This document shows, in pieces, positions 39,905 to 52,521 of a stretch of 64,000 nucleotides of DNA (the first letter of the stretch is position 1; each line of letters begins with the position of its first letter). The notes beneath the pieces were generated by a model. It was not told the origin of the DNA and did not search any database. It saw nothing but the letters and a program-made list of their open reading frames with translations. Where the stretch lies: NCBI GenBank assembly GCA_028534125.1, contig CM052822.1, positions 65,844,001-65,908,000 of the forward strand, given 5' to 3'. The stretch comes from Lama glama. Lineage: Eukaryota. The position numbers were made by a program, and so were the translations under genes.

Positions 39905-40064
39905 GGGGAGAGTATAGCTCAAATGGTAGAGCGCATGCTTAGCATGCATGAAGTCCTGGGTTTAATCTCCAGTACCTACTCTAAGAATGAATAAGTAAAC
40001 CTAATTACATGCCCACCCAAAAAATAAACAAAGACCCAACCCACCCCAAAACAAACAAACAAAA
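39905..40064 (+). mobile_element. tRNA-Ala-derived SINE (Vic-1-like) with TSD
   Basis: ggggagagtatagctcaaatggtagagcgcatgcttagcatgc...aaacctaattac; TSD aagaacaaatgga at 39890-39902 and 40065-40077. Confidence 0.9.
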
Positions 40065-40619
40065 AAGAACAAATGGATAATTTGTAACAAAATCATGCAA
40101 ATATTATGCTATAAAATCTAGTGGACAGGCTTCTGGGCTGAAATTTATATATAAATCATGGTGTGTTCATATAATATATAAAGTGTTACAGTACAGTTAT
40201 AATAAATGAACTTGAAATACATGTACCAGCATAGATAAACATCAAAAATATGATCGGGTGATTAAAAAGCAAGTTGCAAAATGAAGAAAAAAAGAACAAA
40301 TGGAAATAGGTCAGTTTCTATTTTTAAAAGAATTTAGTCATCTGTAATCTTCATTCTAATGATCTGACCGCATCCGACTTTGTGGAACAGGAAAGGTTAC
40401 GGCATAGTGGAGGGAATGAAACAATTTAGAAAGATCAAGTATGAATCCCTGAGGGCAGTAACAAAGTCCCTCCTAACCCTAGGGGCTTTGATTCACGTAA
40501 GAGACATATGTCGTAGGGAAAGACTATGAGGTGGGAATGAAGAAAGAGAACTGTCATAAAGAAAACAAAAGAGATGGAAGAAGCAAGGGCAAGAACTCGA
40601 TTCTATTTCAAGGACCTAC

Positions 40620-40680
40620 CGTTCCATCCCCACCACAGGCCAGAATTCGCAGGTTTGGTACTTTCCTATACAACTCAAGC
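40620..40680 (-). CDS. DGKI: DGKI exon 5: (A)[23 protein letters not shown]-binding glycine loop
   Basis: tcctctacag|G ... ACG|gtaggt; 61 nt, phase 2-0; GGDGT motif. Confidence 0.96.
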
Positions 40681-42521
40681 CTGTAGAGGAAACAGAAGAA
40701 AAAGTAAACAAAAGAGCGTGTCCCTGGCCACAGCGGAGAGCCTTATTCTAACACACAGCAAAAAAGGAGCGGGGGCTGGAGGGTATCCACTGGAGAAAAT
40801 GGATAATCACGAGGATGATTATGCCATCGAAACTAGTTACCAAGTTATCACAAGAAGACTGACTCCAACAATTGGGTTAGAGGTTGGCAGCAAACATCAT
40901 TTTTAAATGGGCAACACTGGAACGGGATTTTAGGATGTCCTAGCGTTTTATTTCCTGTAATTCCTATTAATGTGTCAACTCACATCATTTTCCTCATTAG
41001 TGTTGACTTCCTTCCTTCCTTTTCTTTCCAATCATTCTCCTCCTTCCTTTCTCAGAGAAAATCATCATTAATCAAAGGTCCTTATATTTAATTAACTTTT
41101 CCTGAACCTGTTTATTTTTCAAACCTATGCTTCCCACTCTTAATCCTAGAAAACCTTTTTCAGAGAGATGGGGAAGGAAAGCCCACTAGCATAATTACTA
41201 CAGCACCCACAGTTTCATCTCCCTCTCTGCTCACTCACTAACGCTCGATCCCCAACTGATGGTCGTCAGCCCGAAGAGGGAAGATTTACTGAGTTTTCTT
41301 TATATTGAATTTGCCTGCTTCAAATTAGATCTGTCGCGTTGTCTCTTAAGAAAATGCAGTGATATTGCTCCTGCCAAAACGTTTGCTTAAGCAAACCCTA
41401 ATGGCTCCATTCCAGAAAACATCTATTTAAATCAAGTTATGTTTTTTCCAAAAATAGTTCCTGTCCTGTCATTTTCTTTATGGTGATCTATGAAGTATCT
41501 ACCTAAAGCCTAACTAAAATGATAAAGTCTTAAAATTAAACATTTAAAGGTCAAAAGCCAGGGTAGCAGATTTGCCTTAATACATCCAAACACAAAAAAT
41601 ACATAGAAGTCTTACAGCAAACTCTAGTGGCAAAGTAGTTCATAGAGTAAGAGAATGACAATAGAAGTTAATTTTCACATTTAATGTTCTCTTGCATGCT
41701 TAAAATATATTTTATCCACTTCATACAGGAAGATAATTTTTCTAGAAATCATCTGAACTGGTGTTTCCTTGCCTCTGATATTGTTTCTTATTTAAAAAAA
41801 TTAATATCCCTGAAGTTCTAAAATTTAGCAGATGATATCTGAACTATTTTATTAGATGGGTTTTAAAAAGGGAGCCAGACAATAGCAAAAATGTCCCTGC
41901 TCTTTCACGTTCCCCTCCACCATAGCAGACACAGGACACATGTCAACTACGTCTAGGCTTCATTTTCATCCCTTCCAACAAAACCAGAATGAAATTTCTG
42001 AGAGGCTCCAACAAGGGATTAAACAGGAATTTAAATGCCTCTCCCACTCTGGCGTGGAATCCATAGGTACCATCAATCAATTAATCACTCAATGGACACA
42101 CAAACAACCTCTAATTCAAATACATGAACATATGCATAAACAGATATGGCCATTCTCCACAAAGATACACTTACCTTCCCCTTCATGTACATCTCCAAAG
42201 TTGTACATACGTAAGTAGAAAAAGGATGGATCCCTTCCCAGTTCAGATTCATGCATAATCTACGAGTGCCGAAGCGGCAAACATGCTAGGGGTTTTTGCT
42301 GAGTTAATCACCGAGTGGATACGTGATGAAGGAAACCAACCCAATGAACAGGGAAGCATCAGATGATGTTTAAAGGGAGGATAGAACAGGTGAGACAGTA
42401 GATGAGAGACGGTCAGAAATACTTCACGAGGTAATTCAATAATAAAGCTGGATTCCAAAGCAGAACGTCCTTCTCACCCGCCTCAAACAGTACAGACCAT
42501 GGAGGGTATCTCCTGACTTAC

Positions 42522-42604
42522 GCATCTTTTGGTCCTTCCTGAGAAAGATCGAAGACTTGCCGTGGATTCAGGTACCACATGAACATCTGTAAGACTTTGG
42601 TTCC
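42522..42604 (-). CDS. DGKI: DGKI exon 4: [27 protein letters not shown](A)
   Basis: cccccttacag|GGA ... GC|gtaagt; 83 nt, phase 0-2; LNPRQVFDL motif; not shown in the ORF track. Confidence 0.96.
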
Positions 42605-42704
42605 CTGTAAGGGGGAAAAAACGACAATAATAGAAAGAAATTTCCAAATATTAGCTGCTCATTTAAAGAGCAAAAATAAATCCTGTTTTAAAAAATAGTA
42701 TCTA

Positions 42705-42960
42705 AACAGTGCAGAGTAGGAGTTTAAATCATGGGCTTTGGCCATTGAGATACATGGGTCGAATGCCTAGAGCAGGCTTGTCTAACCTGTGCAGCTTTTG
42801 GCTTCATCAAGTTCAGCTCTCTTCTCTAATGCAGAGATAAGGATGCCTAGTTCACAGACTTGTTGCAAGGATTAAACGCGATGATGTTTGAGGAGCACAG
42901 GACAGTGGCTGGCATGCCTAAGTGCTTAGTGGTCAGTACCTATTAGCTTTCACCATCATT
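42705..42960 (+). mobile_element. MIR SINE
   Basis: cacagacttgttgcaaggattaaacgcgatgatg...gcacaggacagtggctggcat. Confidence 0.7.
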
Positions 42961-44529
42961 ATTTAATGCATGAAAATTCACATAGGGAAGTTATTAGCCA
43001 GCCTCTGTAATTCAACATTAATTATTTTATTGTGCAGATTACTATTGTCTTTGCATAGTATGAAATATGGACAGTGTTAGCTAAGTGTGGTTCCACTGAA
43101 ATGTGGTTTTTAACCACAGCAGAAGTATCAGAGGCTCCCCATTACTTTTCATATATAATTTCTCCAGTTAGTGCTGTCAAATCTTACTGTGTCGTTTTTC
43201 TCAATCTCCGTATCTACGTCTGTCTGTCTTGTTCTCTCTCCCATAACCACTTTTGGAGTGTTTTAAATAATTGTAACATTTATGGAGATAATCATCATGG
43301 CAAATACAAGGCAGTTCATAAAGTGATCTAAGGGAAAAAGAAATGAAGGAAGAATATTTTAGTAGTATTAAAAAAGAGCTTTAAAATTGAGTAGGGTCCC
43401 TCATTTTAGGGCATTATCAACCACAGTAAATAGTATTTGATCAGTTGGGCAGCATCTGTCACTTACAATTATACTCTCTTTATTAGATATCATGATTGCT
43501 CTTTCTTAAAAATACTCCTAAGTTTGTACACCTGTGGGCTGTGTTGGAGAGGCATCTAGTATGGGACAAATAGCACAATATCTGAGCCAGAGCTAACTTG
43601 GGTGTTCTAACTGGGTGACTATGAGCACTTACCATCCTCCAGAAATTCAGCACGTAAAACAGGGCAACGTCTACTTTCCAGGGTGATTACGAGAATTAAG
43701 TGAATCAGTAACAGTTACGTATCCAGCACAAAATAGTCCTTTGTAAATGTTAGTCCCTTTCTTTTTTTTTGCTGCTTGATAATCTATTCATTAAATTACA
43801 CTTGAGGGTATGAGGGCCAAAGCGTAGTTTATAATTATCACATTGTTATGCCAGTTGTTACAGAGGCCAATGTAGGTCTTTTGTTCTGCATTTCATCCAA
43901 ACCTATACTTTAAAAGTTCTGCTTTATCATGTGCTTGTTGTAAATTTAGGAATAACATTCTATCCTTAATTATTATAACGAATCCTTCAGTTCCACCAAA
44001 TAATATATTTTGCTTCCTATAATATTCAGTCATAGATTTAGACACATAATAATAATTAAATACTGGATCATTCTCTTCTTCCCACACCAGGCTTTGGTAT
44101 CAAGTCAGTTAGGGATTACTCCAAGCCATCTTTTATGTTTAACAAGTAACCCCAGAATCATTTTAATGACCAATCAATTTATAAAAAATTTCCAACTACC
44201 TTGCCAGAAAATTAATTTTTCATTTTTTAGATTCCTAGGGCAATATGATTCATTGATGTTAATTACTCCTTCCTTGTTGTAACCTTTGGCTGTGGTAGAG
44301 TGCACACCTCAGTTTCAGCTTTTCCTCTTACCCATACAATACTAGGTAATTAACACCTTTCAAAAATAAAAATAAAAAGCATTGAGAGGGTTTTTTTTAA
44401 CCTTCAAATTTCTTTAAAGGTTTGAGTGTCCACACCATTTTAGTTTTTGCTCATTTTCAATTTGTGTTAGTTGGAACACCTAATTATCTACATTTATCCT
44501 TTTGAGGAAGGGATATTTTTTAAGGCTGG

Positions 44530-44642
44530 CAAGTTTTGCACCTCCCGCCTCTAGGAGGCACCACTTAACATTGCAGCCTATTGGAATGGTGCTCTCTGGA
44601 GTCGTGCAGGGGTAACGTGCATCATCACACACGGCTGTCCTA
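44530..44642 (-). mobile_element. MER91-like hAT element fragment
   Basis: Reverse complement ...tgcacgactccagagagcaccattc resembles the MER91 5' end (tgcacaactccagggggcgccattc). Confidence 0.45.
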
Positions 44643-46248
44643 TCAGAGTTTACATCCAGGCGTGATACAATTTCTTCTTTTGTAAGTAATCTTTCTAAAA
44701 TATACTCATTAGCAAAAAAATGATGTGTCTGAATGAAAAATATTGCAATACTTTAAATCAATCTTGGTGGGTAGAGAAAAGAGGACTAAATTTAGGTCAG
44801 TTCTATAAAACTCTGCTGTTATTCCAGGGTAAGCCATGTTAGGGCTTTGACGGGGATAATTTATTCAATAGAATTGAATGGTTTGACAAAAAAGAGTAAT
44901 GTCTTTCTTTCTCACTGGCAAGATTAAATCTACTCCATCATTACACAACTGTCATTCAGTAACAAGTTCCAGACACTCCCATAGTCATCACGTGCTATAC
45001 GCCATGCACAAGCTGAACTTCTGTGCAAGGCTTGTTAGTTTTCTCTAAAGGAAGAAAGTTTTACACATCAATTCTAATATACTCTGGGGAGGGTTCTCAT
45101 ACATATGGTTGGAGAAGTAATACCTCATTGACCACAGAAGTTTTTAAGATATTGTGAGATTGGGTTTTCCTAAGGAAGGATAAAACACTGTTCTTTCCAG
45201 CTCTAGGTGTTGGGGAACAGGGTGGGGCAGGATAAAACAGCTTCCAAGAAAATAGGGACATAGTTCTAGAGGGAAATGAACAAGATCCATCCATTTTCCT
45301 ACTATGTGCGTAGCCACAGTTTCAGGTGAGGGAATAAGAGACAGACAAGACAGAGAAGATCTTGTCCTTAAGAGGAAGCCCTCTGCATTATTCATAAAGG
45401 AAAATATAATGATTTGAGGGTATGGAGAATCAATTAAGAATGGGTCAGCTCCAAAAGCAGCACATCGATCGTCATTAAAGCAAGGTGCCTCTCGTGTAGG
45501 GCACGGGACTCTGTTACTAAGCCAGCTTTGGTTTATATCATGGGGGTACCATCTAGATCATGAAAAGAACTGTCCAGGCAGTAAGAAAGACTTAAGGATA
45601 AAACAGTGGAAGGAAGAGGTTAAGAAATCTCTTAACCCAAACAATCCCAAAGGAACACCTGATTTACTCAATAAACCTGTATTAAACCTCAAACTCTGTG
45701 CCTGGGTGCATACTCAGGAGCTCAGAAGGAGACCCACACAAAGTAAATTCGTTCACTAAGCATGGTAAATGCGCTGATGGAGATGCCTGCTAAGAAGTAT
45801 GATAGGCTGGAGGAGATACTGTAAGCCCAGCTCTGGGGATAAGGCAAAGGCTTCCTTTGTATAGATTTGGAACTTTGTCTTGAAAGATGAGTAGAGTTAA
45901 CCATTTCTTTTTATACGGGGTAGAGGAAGAAGTTTCAGCGTAAAGGCACAAGGTGTGTGAAACAGCAAGACATGCTATGGGAAGCCTATATTCCTCTCAG
46001 TCTTTGACCCGTGAGGCGGGGGCCGTGGGAGAGGAACCTGCCCGAGTGAGCTGCAGATGAAGGCGTGCAGGCTAAGGAGCGCAGGCTCTGTTCTGCAGGA
46101 ACTGACAGTCACTGAAGCGTGTTACTCAGGGAAACTGGACTACACGTGGATACATCAGTCTGACCACAGACCAAGGAGCCATCCAGGCCCCAGACCTATC
46201 AAAGGTGCTAGGTGGCTTGGTTTAGTCATTGCTAATCACTGACGTCTG

Positions 46249-46391
46249 NNNNNNNNNNNNNNNNNNNNNNNNNNNNNNNNNNNNNNNNNNNNNNNNNNNN
46301 NNNNNNNNNNNNNNNNNNNNNNNNNNNNNNNNNNNNNNNNNNNNNNNNNNNNNNNNNNNNNNNNNNNNNNNNNNNNNNNNNNNNNNNNNNN
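46249..46391. other. Assembly gap (143 N)
   Basis: run of n. Confidence 1.
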
Positions 46392-46573
46392 AGGTGAGGA
46401 CACAGTGAGAACATGGCTGTCTGTGAACCAGGAAGCAAGCTCTTACCAGACACCGAAGCTGCTGGTGCCCTGATCTTGGACATTTAGCCTCCAGACCATG
46501 AGAAATCGAGTTCTGTTGTTTATCTGCCACGAGTCTGTGATATTCTGCTATAGGAGGCTGAACAGATTAGGAT
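46392..46573 (+). mobile_element. MaLR LTR 3' part (MLT1A/B/C-like), 5' part in the gap
   Basis: ctgctggtgccctgatcttggac...cctccagaccatgagaaat...ttctgttgttta...ctgtgatattctgctatag. Confidence 0.8.
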
Positions 46574-47162
46574 AGCTGCCCCTACACTCTCACAATCTCT
46601 CAATATTGTGACTTGGAAAAGGGGACTGTCCACATATTTACCGTTTAGTTGTTTTAATTCCACATGTTGAGGCTGGCTTGACACGAAGGTCTTGAGATTG
46701 GACTGTGACATGTGCTGATACTGACTGACGGCCCTCACCCTCTTTCCAGCCTTCTAAGCTTTATGAGTCTAAAATTTTATCTAAATATAATGATTCTTGA
46801 TTTATCCTCAGGTTGAGCATCACAGAAAATAACTTCTTCACTGAGGCAGAAAAAGTCCGGGGACTCGGACTCGCAGTTACTTAGTGTCTCCTCCTCTGCC
46901 CCAATCTGGCTGACTTCCCCTGGCCCAACTTCGGAGGGGTGACAGTGGTGTGAACTCGGTCAGTATGAGCCTGTCCACGGATAAAATATCCCTTCCCCCT
47001 AGAGCCCCCTGATGAGCTCCTGGGGAACTCCAATCTAGGGTCCAACTCAGGCCACACCTGGACCCTGGGATTTCACACTGAACAGTGTGAGCTCCCAAGG
47101 TCTGGACCGCTTGGCTCTCAGGACTGGCTGGCCGGACTGACTCCAGTGGTCAGAACACCTGC

Positions 47163-47290
47163 ATGCAGGGAACACAGCCAATATTTTATAATAACTTTAA
47201 ATGGAGCATAATCTATAAAAATACTGAGTCACTATGCTGTACACCTGAAACTAATATAATATCATAAATCTGCTATAGCTCAATAAAAAA
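47163..47290 (+). mobile_element. 5'-truncated L1 3' end with imperfect TSD
   Basis: ctatgctgtacacctgaaactaatataat...ctcaataaaaaa; agaacacctgc (47152-47162) / agaatgcctgc (47291-47301). Confidence 0.8.
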
Positions 47291-47894
47291 AGAATGCCTG
47301 CCTAACTGTGAATTTATAACCTATATCACTGGAAGAAATTCATGAGAGCGCATGGAGGAGACATAGTGTGGAAGCAGAAAACACTGAGAGACATCAGAAG
47401 GGCCCATAAGACTCAGGTATGAACATGTTAATGAGTCAGGGGCGTCCAAGAACAAGAATACGTTTTTTGGTTAATGAGGAGATAAACGTAAGAGATGGGG
47501 CCTATTTCTCAAGCCCTCGGGTTTCCATGCTGAGGAGGGGATCGTGCGAGAGTAAAGCTTATCTTTCCTGTCCTATCTTTTCCACAAGAGGAGACACTCA
47601 AAGTTGGTCCTGTGGTCAGTGCCTGTTCCCTCAGATAATTCAGGTCCCAACAACAGCAGTGTTGGCCCCCTCTAAAGCTTTGCACCACACCCAGGAACAT
47701 CTCTGCCTGAAGAATGTTAGAGTAACAGAAGCAACTGTTTACAAGAAGGGATTGTTTTAAAAGAGGACATAAAGCAGTCCCTGTATGTGTTCAGCTCAGT
47801 ATGTGTCCGCCAAGTGTGGGGAAATTTCCAGACACATAAAATACTGCAGAAAGGAAAAATCAAAAATCCAAAAAACAAACTATAGATATTTTAC

Positions 47895-47913
47895 TTGCCA
47901 GCAGATGGCAGTA
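47895..47913 (+). promoter_or_regulatory. Candidate CTCF binding site
   Basis: TTGCCAGCAGATGGCAGTA fits the core consensus CCASYAGRKGGCRS at every position. Confidence 0.6.
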
Positions 47914-48104
47914 GAGTCTAGTAATTTAAAGAACAGACGCTTCAGCAAGTCACCTTTTTTTTTTTTTTTCTTTTAAGTTTGAAACCTAAACCCTCAAGAA
48001 CAGGAGAGGGGACTGCTTTATATCCAGACACAGATGAGCAGAACAAGTCAATTACTAAAAGGCAAAAATCAAGATTTAACAACAACATCTTTCTCTATTG
48101 ACCG

Positions 48105-48432
48105 CAGTAAACTCTTGCTCATCAGAGTGTGGTCTCTGGGCAGCAGCGACGGCGCAGCCAGGGAGCTTGTTAGAAAAGCAGGACCTCAGGGCCACCCCAG
48201 ACTCCCTGAATCAGAATCTGCATTTTAACACGATCCCCAAGGGATTCTTACACACATTAAAGTTTAAGAACGAAAGTCCATGATTCTCAACACGGGCTAC
48301 ATAAGAAAATCACCAAGGAGCTTAGACCAGTTAAGGGGGCCTATCCTCGCGGGCTCTCGGTGTGAGTGGGGCAGACATCGCTGTACAAGCTGCCAGGGTC
48401 ATCCTGATACGCAGCGAAGGTTAGGAACCACT
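48105..48432. mobile_element. Two adjacent MER5-family MITEs (MER5A1/MER5B-like)
   Basis: gggagcttgttagaaaagcagga...ctgaatcagaatctgcattttaacacgatcccc; second copy tgattctcaac...ggttaggaaccact. Confidence 0.7.
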
Positions 48433-49899
48433 TCTAACCTAAGAGATGAGGCTCCTTAAAGATAGTAAGGATGAGCTAAGATGCTATTTTTCAAACAGGA
48501 AGATAAACTTCCATCTCAAATAAATTCTCACCCACTGTGCTCCTCACACAAGAGCCAGGTCAGCTCAGGGACCCTGAAATGGCTCCGATGACACTTTCCT
48601 CAATGTTACTGGAATCATCCGAGATGCCTGCTAACCGCTGGCGTTCCTGGGCCACCCCCCAGACCTGCTGCCATCAGATTTTACGGGGTAGAGCATTTCT
48701 AACAAGTTTTCTTTACACAAAAATTTAATTTGGAAGTCACTGGACTAGAAGAAGGGAGTAAGAGTCACAAATTCAAATAGAATTTAACCAAGTGAACACT
48801 AATGTTGGGCTGATATTTCCTGAATGTTCCTGAAACTGAAAATTTCCAGATAAGAATTCTGATAAGCAGGATTTCAAAGGCTCTCATGACTGAGGACGTC
48901 AAATAAATACAGAGGTCATGTTACTCGTCTCAGCTTGTCTGTAAGGTAAATAAAAGTGAATGGGCTCCCTTCCCAAAAAAGAACATCACACCGTGTAAGG
49001 TTTGAGCACAGAATGCTCCAGGAGGAACTCCAGGTGAGAAGGGGTATGTCTCCTCCGCTGTCTCCCCATCCTGGGGGTCACCTGCCTTGTTTCCACTGCC
49101 ACCCTCTGTTCTGCTCTGCCTCTTTGTCTCAACTATGGCTCATCTGGGTCAGAGAGAAAAAAGAAGGGGGGGCAACAGATGGAGCAAATGAGACTCGGGA
49201 GCGGAGGAATGAGAAACTCCCTCCGATCCCGTTCTGCCAAATGGAATGGGTGGCTCCATCCTCTGACCCTGCATCGTCCCGCTGCAGGTACCTCATCACC
49301 TGCCATATTAAGGGCAGGTTACAGCCACACTCAGGAAAGGACACAGGAGTCAGGTCATCCCTGACGTTGACTCTGCCCGGCTCGCCACCATCAGGCACTC
49401 AAAGCTGTCCCATCCTAAGACTGAAGAAGGAACCGTAAATACATTAAGCAGCTGGAGGTCCATTTGAATGATTCTAATTGGACGTAGCTGTTTGGATTCC
49501 TTTACAGCTTTCCCAACATTTCACATCATACTTGTATTTATTAGGCTTAGGAAAGAACTGTACGATATAGAGGAGCTATATAGAAATTTAAAGCTACGTA
49601 ATATTCATTTTGATTTGGTTAGTCATACTTCAAGAATCCTAGATACTCTAGAGGTAACATCATTAGGGCGATGTGTTCACAAGCCAAAGTGCATAAAGTG
49701 ACAGCAAACTCACTAAGCCTTTTGTTTCTAATCACTGGCTATTTTAAAACTCTGAACCCTCACTGTGACCTCAAATTCCTCAAACACATTTCAACCTCTT
49801 TCTCAAAGTAATTCTTCCCTTTCCCGAAAATCTACCAATAACAAGGCCACTTTCCAGATAATCTGTTGGAAGATCTTGATGCTTTACTTCCCTCTGCGT

Positions 49900-50015
49900 A
49901 TCCCATTCATCCACCTGCCTATCTATCCATCCATCCATGCATCCACCCATCAGTCCACGTGTCCAGCCATCAGTCCATCTGTCCACCCACCCACTCCATC
50001 GATCTATCCCTCTAC
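49900..50015. repeat. (CCAT)n-like degenerate microsatellite
   Basis: atccatccatccatgcatccacccatc... Confidence 0.75.
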
Positions 50016-51760
50016 CTGATTTATGCCTAAGTGAATAGCCTCCTGACTTACACATGTTCTCCATGTTTCCATCATGTTATTCCTTTGGTTAAAATATACT
50101 TTTCAAAACTAAAATATTTTGAATGGCAAAAAAACTCGAACTTTCATTGTATCCAAATCCTCAGCTAAGTTTTAAGACACTGCTCCATAAATTCATTCCA
50201 ATCTTTATTCATATTTCTAATCACTTAATCTCCAAGCCCGACTCACCATATTGTGCTCAAAATGAATCCTTTTCATCACAACAGCCCTTCTTCTACACAT
50301 CTGCTTATTAAACAATCATGCGCCCACCACTCTATGCTGTGAACTAGAACTCACAGGCTCAGAGGTGCAGCCCCTAGAATTATGGAGCCTGTATCTTCGC
50401 AGTACAGACGCATATAAAGCACGTACGTCACAAATCGCACAATATGGGTGTGTGCTAAGGACTATGGGAGCATAGTGGACAGGGCAATTAATTTTGAGCA
50501 ACAGCTCAGAAAAGTGCTACTGAGCATTAAAGGATGGACAGGAATTTGACACAATAGAGAGAAGAAAGAGGGCATGACTCCAGCTTTCTCTCCTCCACAT
50601 AACTGAGTGATGTCCATCTCCAGTTTCAGCCACTTCCATGACACCATTTCCTTATCACTCCCAAGTCACCTCTGAAATGCCACTGCACTTGCAGTCTGAT
50701 CCACTCAATTTAACACTCACATAAAGTTAATGTTGCTTGAATTCTTTTTCCCATTTGCCCCTTTTGTATCATTAACAAACAAGACATCCTTAGGAAATTC
50801 ACTTAAGCTTCCTTGAGCTGTTCTGTAGTTAGTGAAATAAAAAACATTAGACCATCTCTGAAGTCCCTGTCTTTAAAAATTTATACAGAGATTGGAACAG
50901 GAACAGGCTGTATCTTAACTGAACCAGCCCCTCCTCAAAGGCAGAGATCACCTGCAATTTTCTAAATGCCCTAGTAGAAAAGCTTATAATGATTTAAGAA
51001 ATGCGTTTTATATAGACTGTAATGATAAAACATATCTGACATCAATTAGCTCAGGTGGCCAAAATCATGGAGTCAACTACATTAGCTGTGCTCTGTTCCA
51101 TGGTCTCCAACCCTAGTTAGGCTAACGTTTGAGACCAGACCTAGAGGGTGGGTAAGATTCAGGGCAAACTGAACCTCACTCCTAAGAACCGCCTCTGCAG
51201 CTCCTCCTGCCGGGCCAGTCTCAGGATCACCGTGATTACAACACCAAGGTCACCATTCAGCAACTCACAAGAGCAGGATGATGAAGTAGGTTATTTTTCT
51301 GCTTACGACACATTTCTTTTCCCTGTTCTCTACAATGTTAATAGAGACTTTTAACACAAATTATGAAGAATTTTGAAAGAAGGAAGGAAAGGAGGGATAA
51401 TATTTTCTTTAAATTACAAGCTCTCATAAGAGAAGCTTTACTATAATTAATATGTTCTGGAAAATGCCCATTATCTTTATAATAAGAACATCGTCTTGGA
51501 CTATTGGGCCAACCTGAATTATATGACTCCTCTGCTCACATGGGGTGACTAAAGAGTTTTAAAGTTGTTTAGCATGACACTTCAGGAAATCTTGCCTCAA
51601 AATGTAAAATGGGCACTTAACTTAATGGACACAGGAAATACTTTATCATCCAATTTCACATGAAAGTTACAGAAGATCAAAGCTCAAAGAGAACTGATAA
51701 AAGTCTCAGAGAGTGAGAAGAGAATTAGATGAGGAGACAAAGACCTGGATTCTAGAGTAA

Positions 51761-51921
51761 TTTTTTTTTTTTTTTTGGTGAGGGGAGGTAATTATGTTTT
51801 TTTAATGTATTTTTAAAATTAATTTTTAATTTTGTTTTATTTTCTAGTGGAGGTGCTGGGGATTGAACCCAGGACCTTGTACATGCTGAGCAAGCGCTCT
51901 ACCGCTGAGCTATGCCCTCCC
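51761..51921 (-). mobile_element. tRNA-Ala-derived SINE (Vic-1-like) inserted in a MIR
   Basis: Head (51921-51848) GGGAGGGCATAGCTCAGCGGTAGAGCGC...GGTTCAATCCCCAGCACCTCCA; T16 tail; TSD tctagag at 51751-51757 and 51922-51928. Confidence 0.9.
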
Positions 51922-52521
51922 TCTAGAGCTATGAACTTTAGACATGTCATTACATTTAACTTCTCTAAGTCCATTTCCTTATCTTCAAATGGGGTTGATA
52001 CTAATCATGCTATCAAATTTGGGCGAAGACCAAATGAAATCTGTGGAAGGTGATACAGTTTTAACAGCCCTGGTGGTGTCTGTGGTTCACGATTATCATG
52101 CATAATAAATCACTGTTCTCACTTTCCTCTCAAGATGCGGGAAAAGTAGTTGAGTCCAAATTACAATAGAAAGAAATAAAGATAAGTTCATTAAAGGCTT
52201 CCTGACTCTAGGAGTTGACAAACCTCAAATATATTCACTAAGAGAGATTGTAGAATGACTTTTCTTGAAACTCTGTGAGGAAAATGTTAGCAGTTAGGTT
52301 TCTGAGCACCTCTGGTACAGCCTGGCGTGGACGGGGAGGGACAAATCATGGAACCTCTGGGTTTCGCGCTGCCTGCCATGGGTAAAGCTGTCTCCCACTG
52401 GACAAACTGGTGGTCTTCCAGTGCTTGGGGCCCTAGGTGGTGCTGTTTCAACTGGTGTTGGGAATTGTGCTTTCAAGAAAGTATTGAAGCTTCCAGGTGA
52501 AGCTCGAGAGAAATGACTCAC

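Noticed and set aside
48956-49438. 160-aa plus-strand ORF
   Set aside because: Non-ATG start, no recognisable motif and no splice context.
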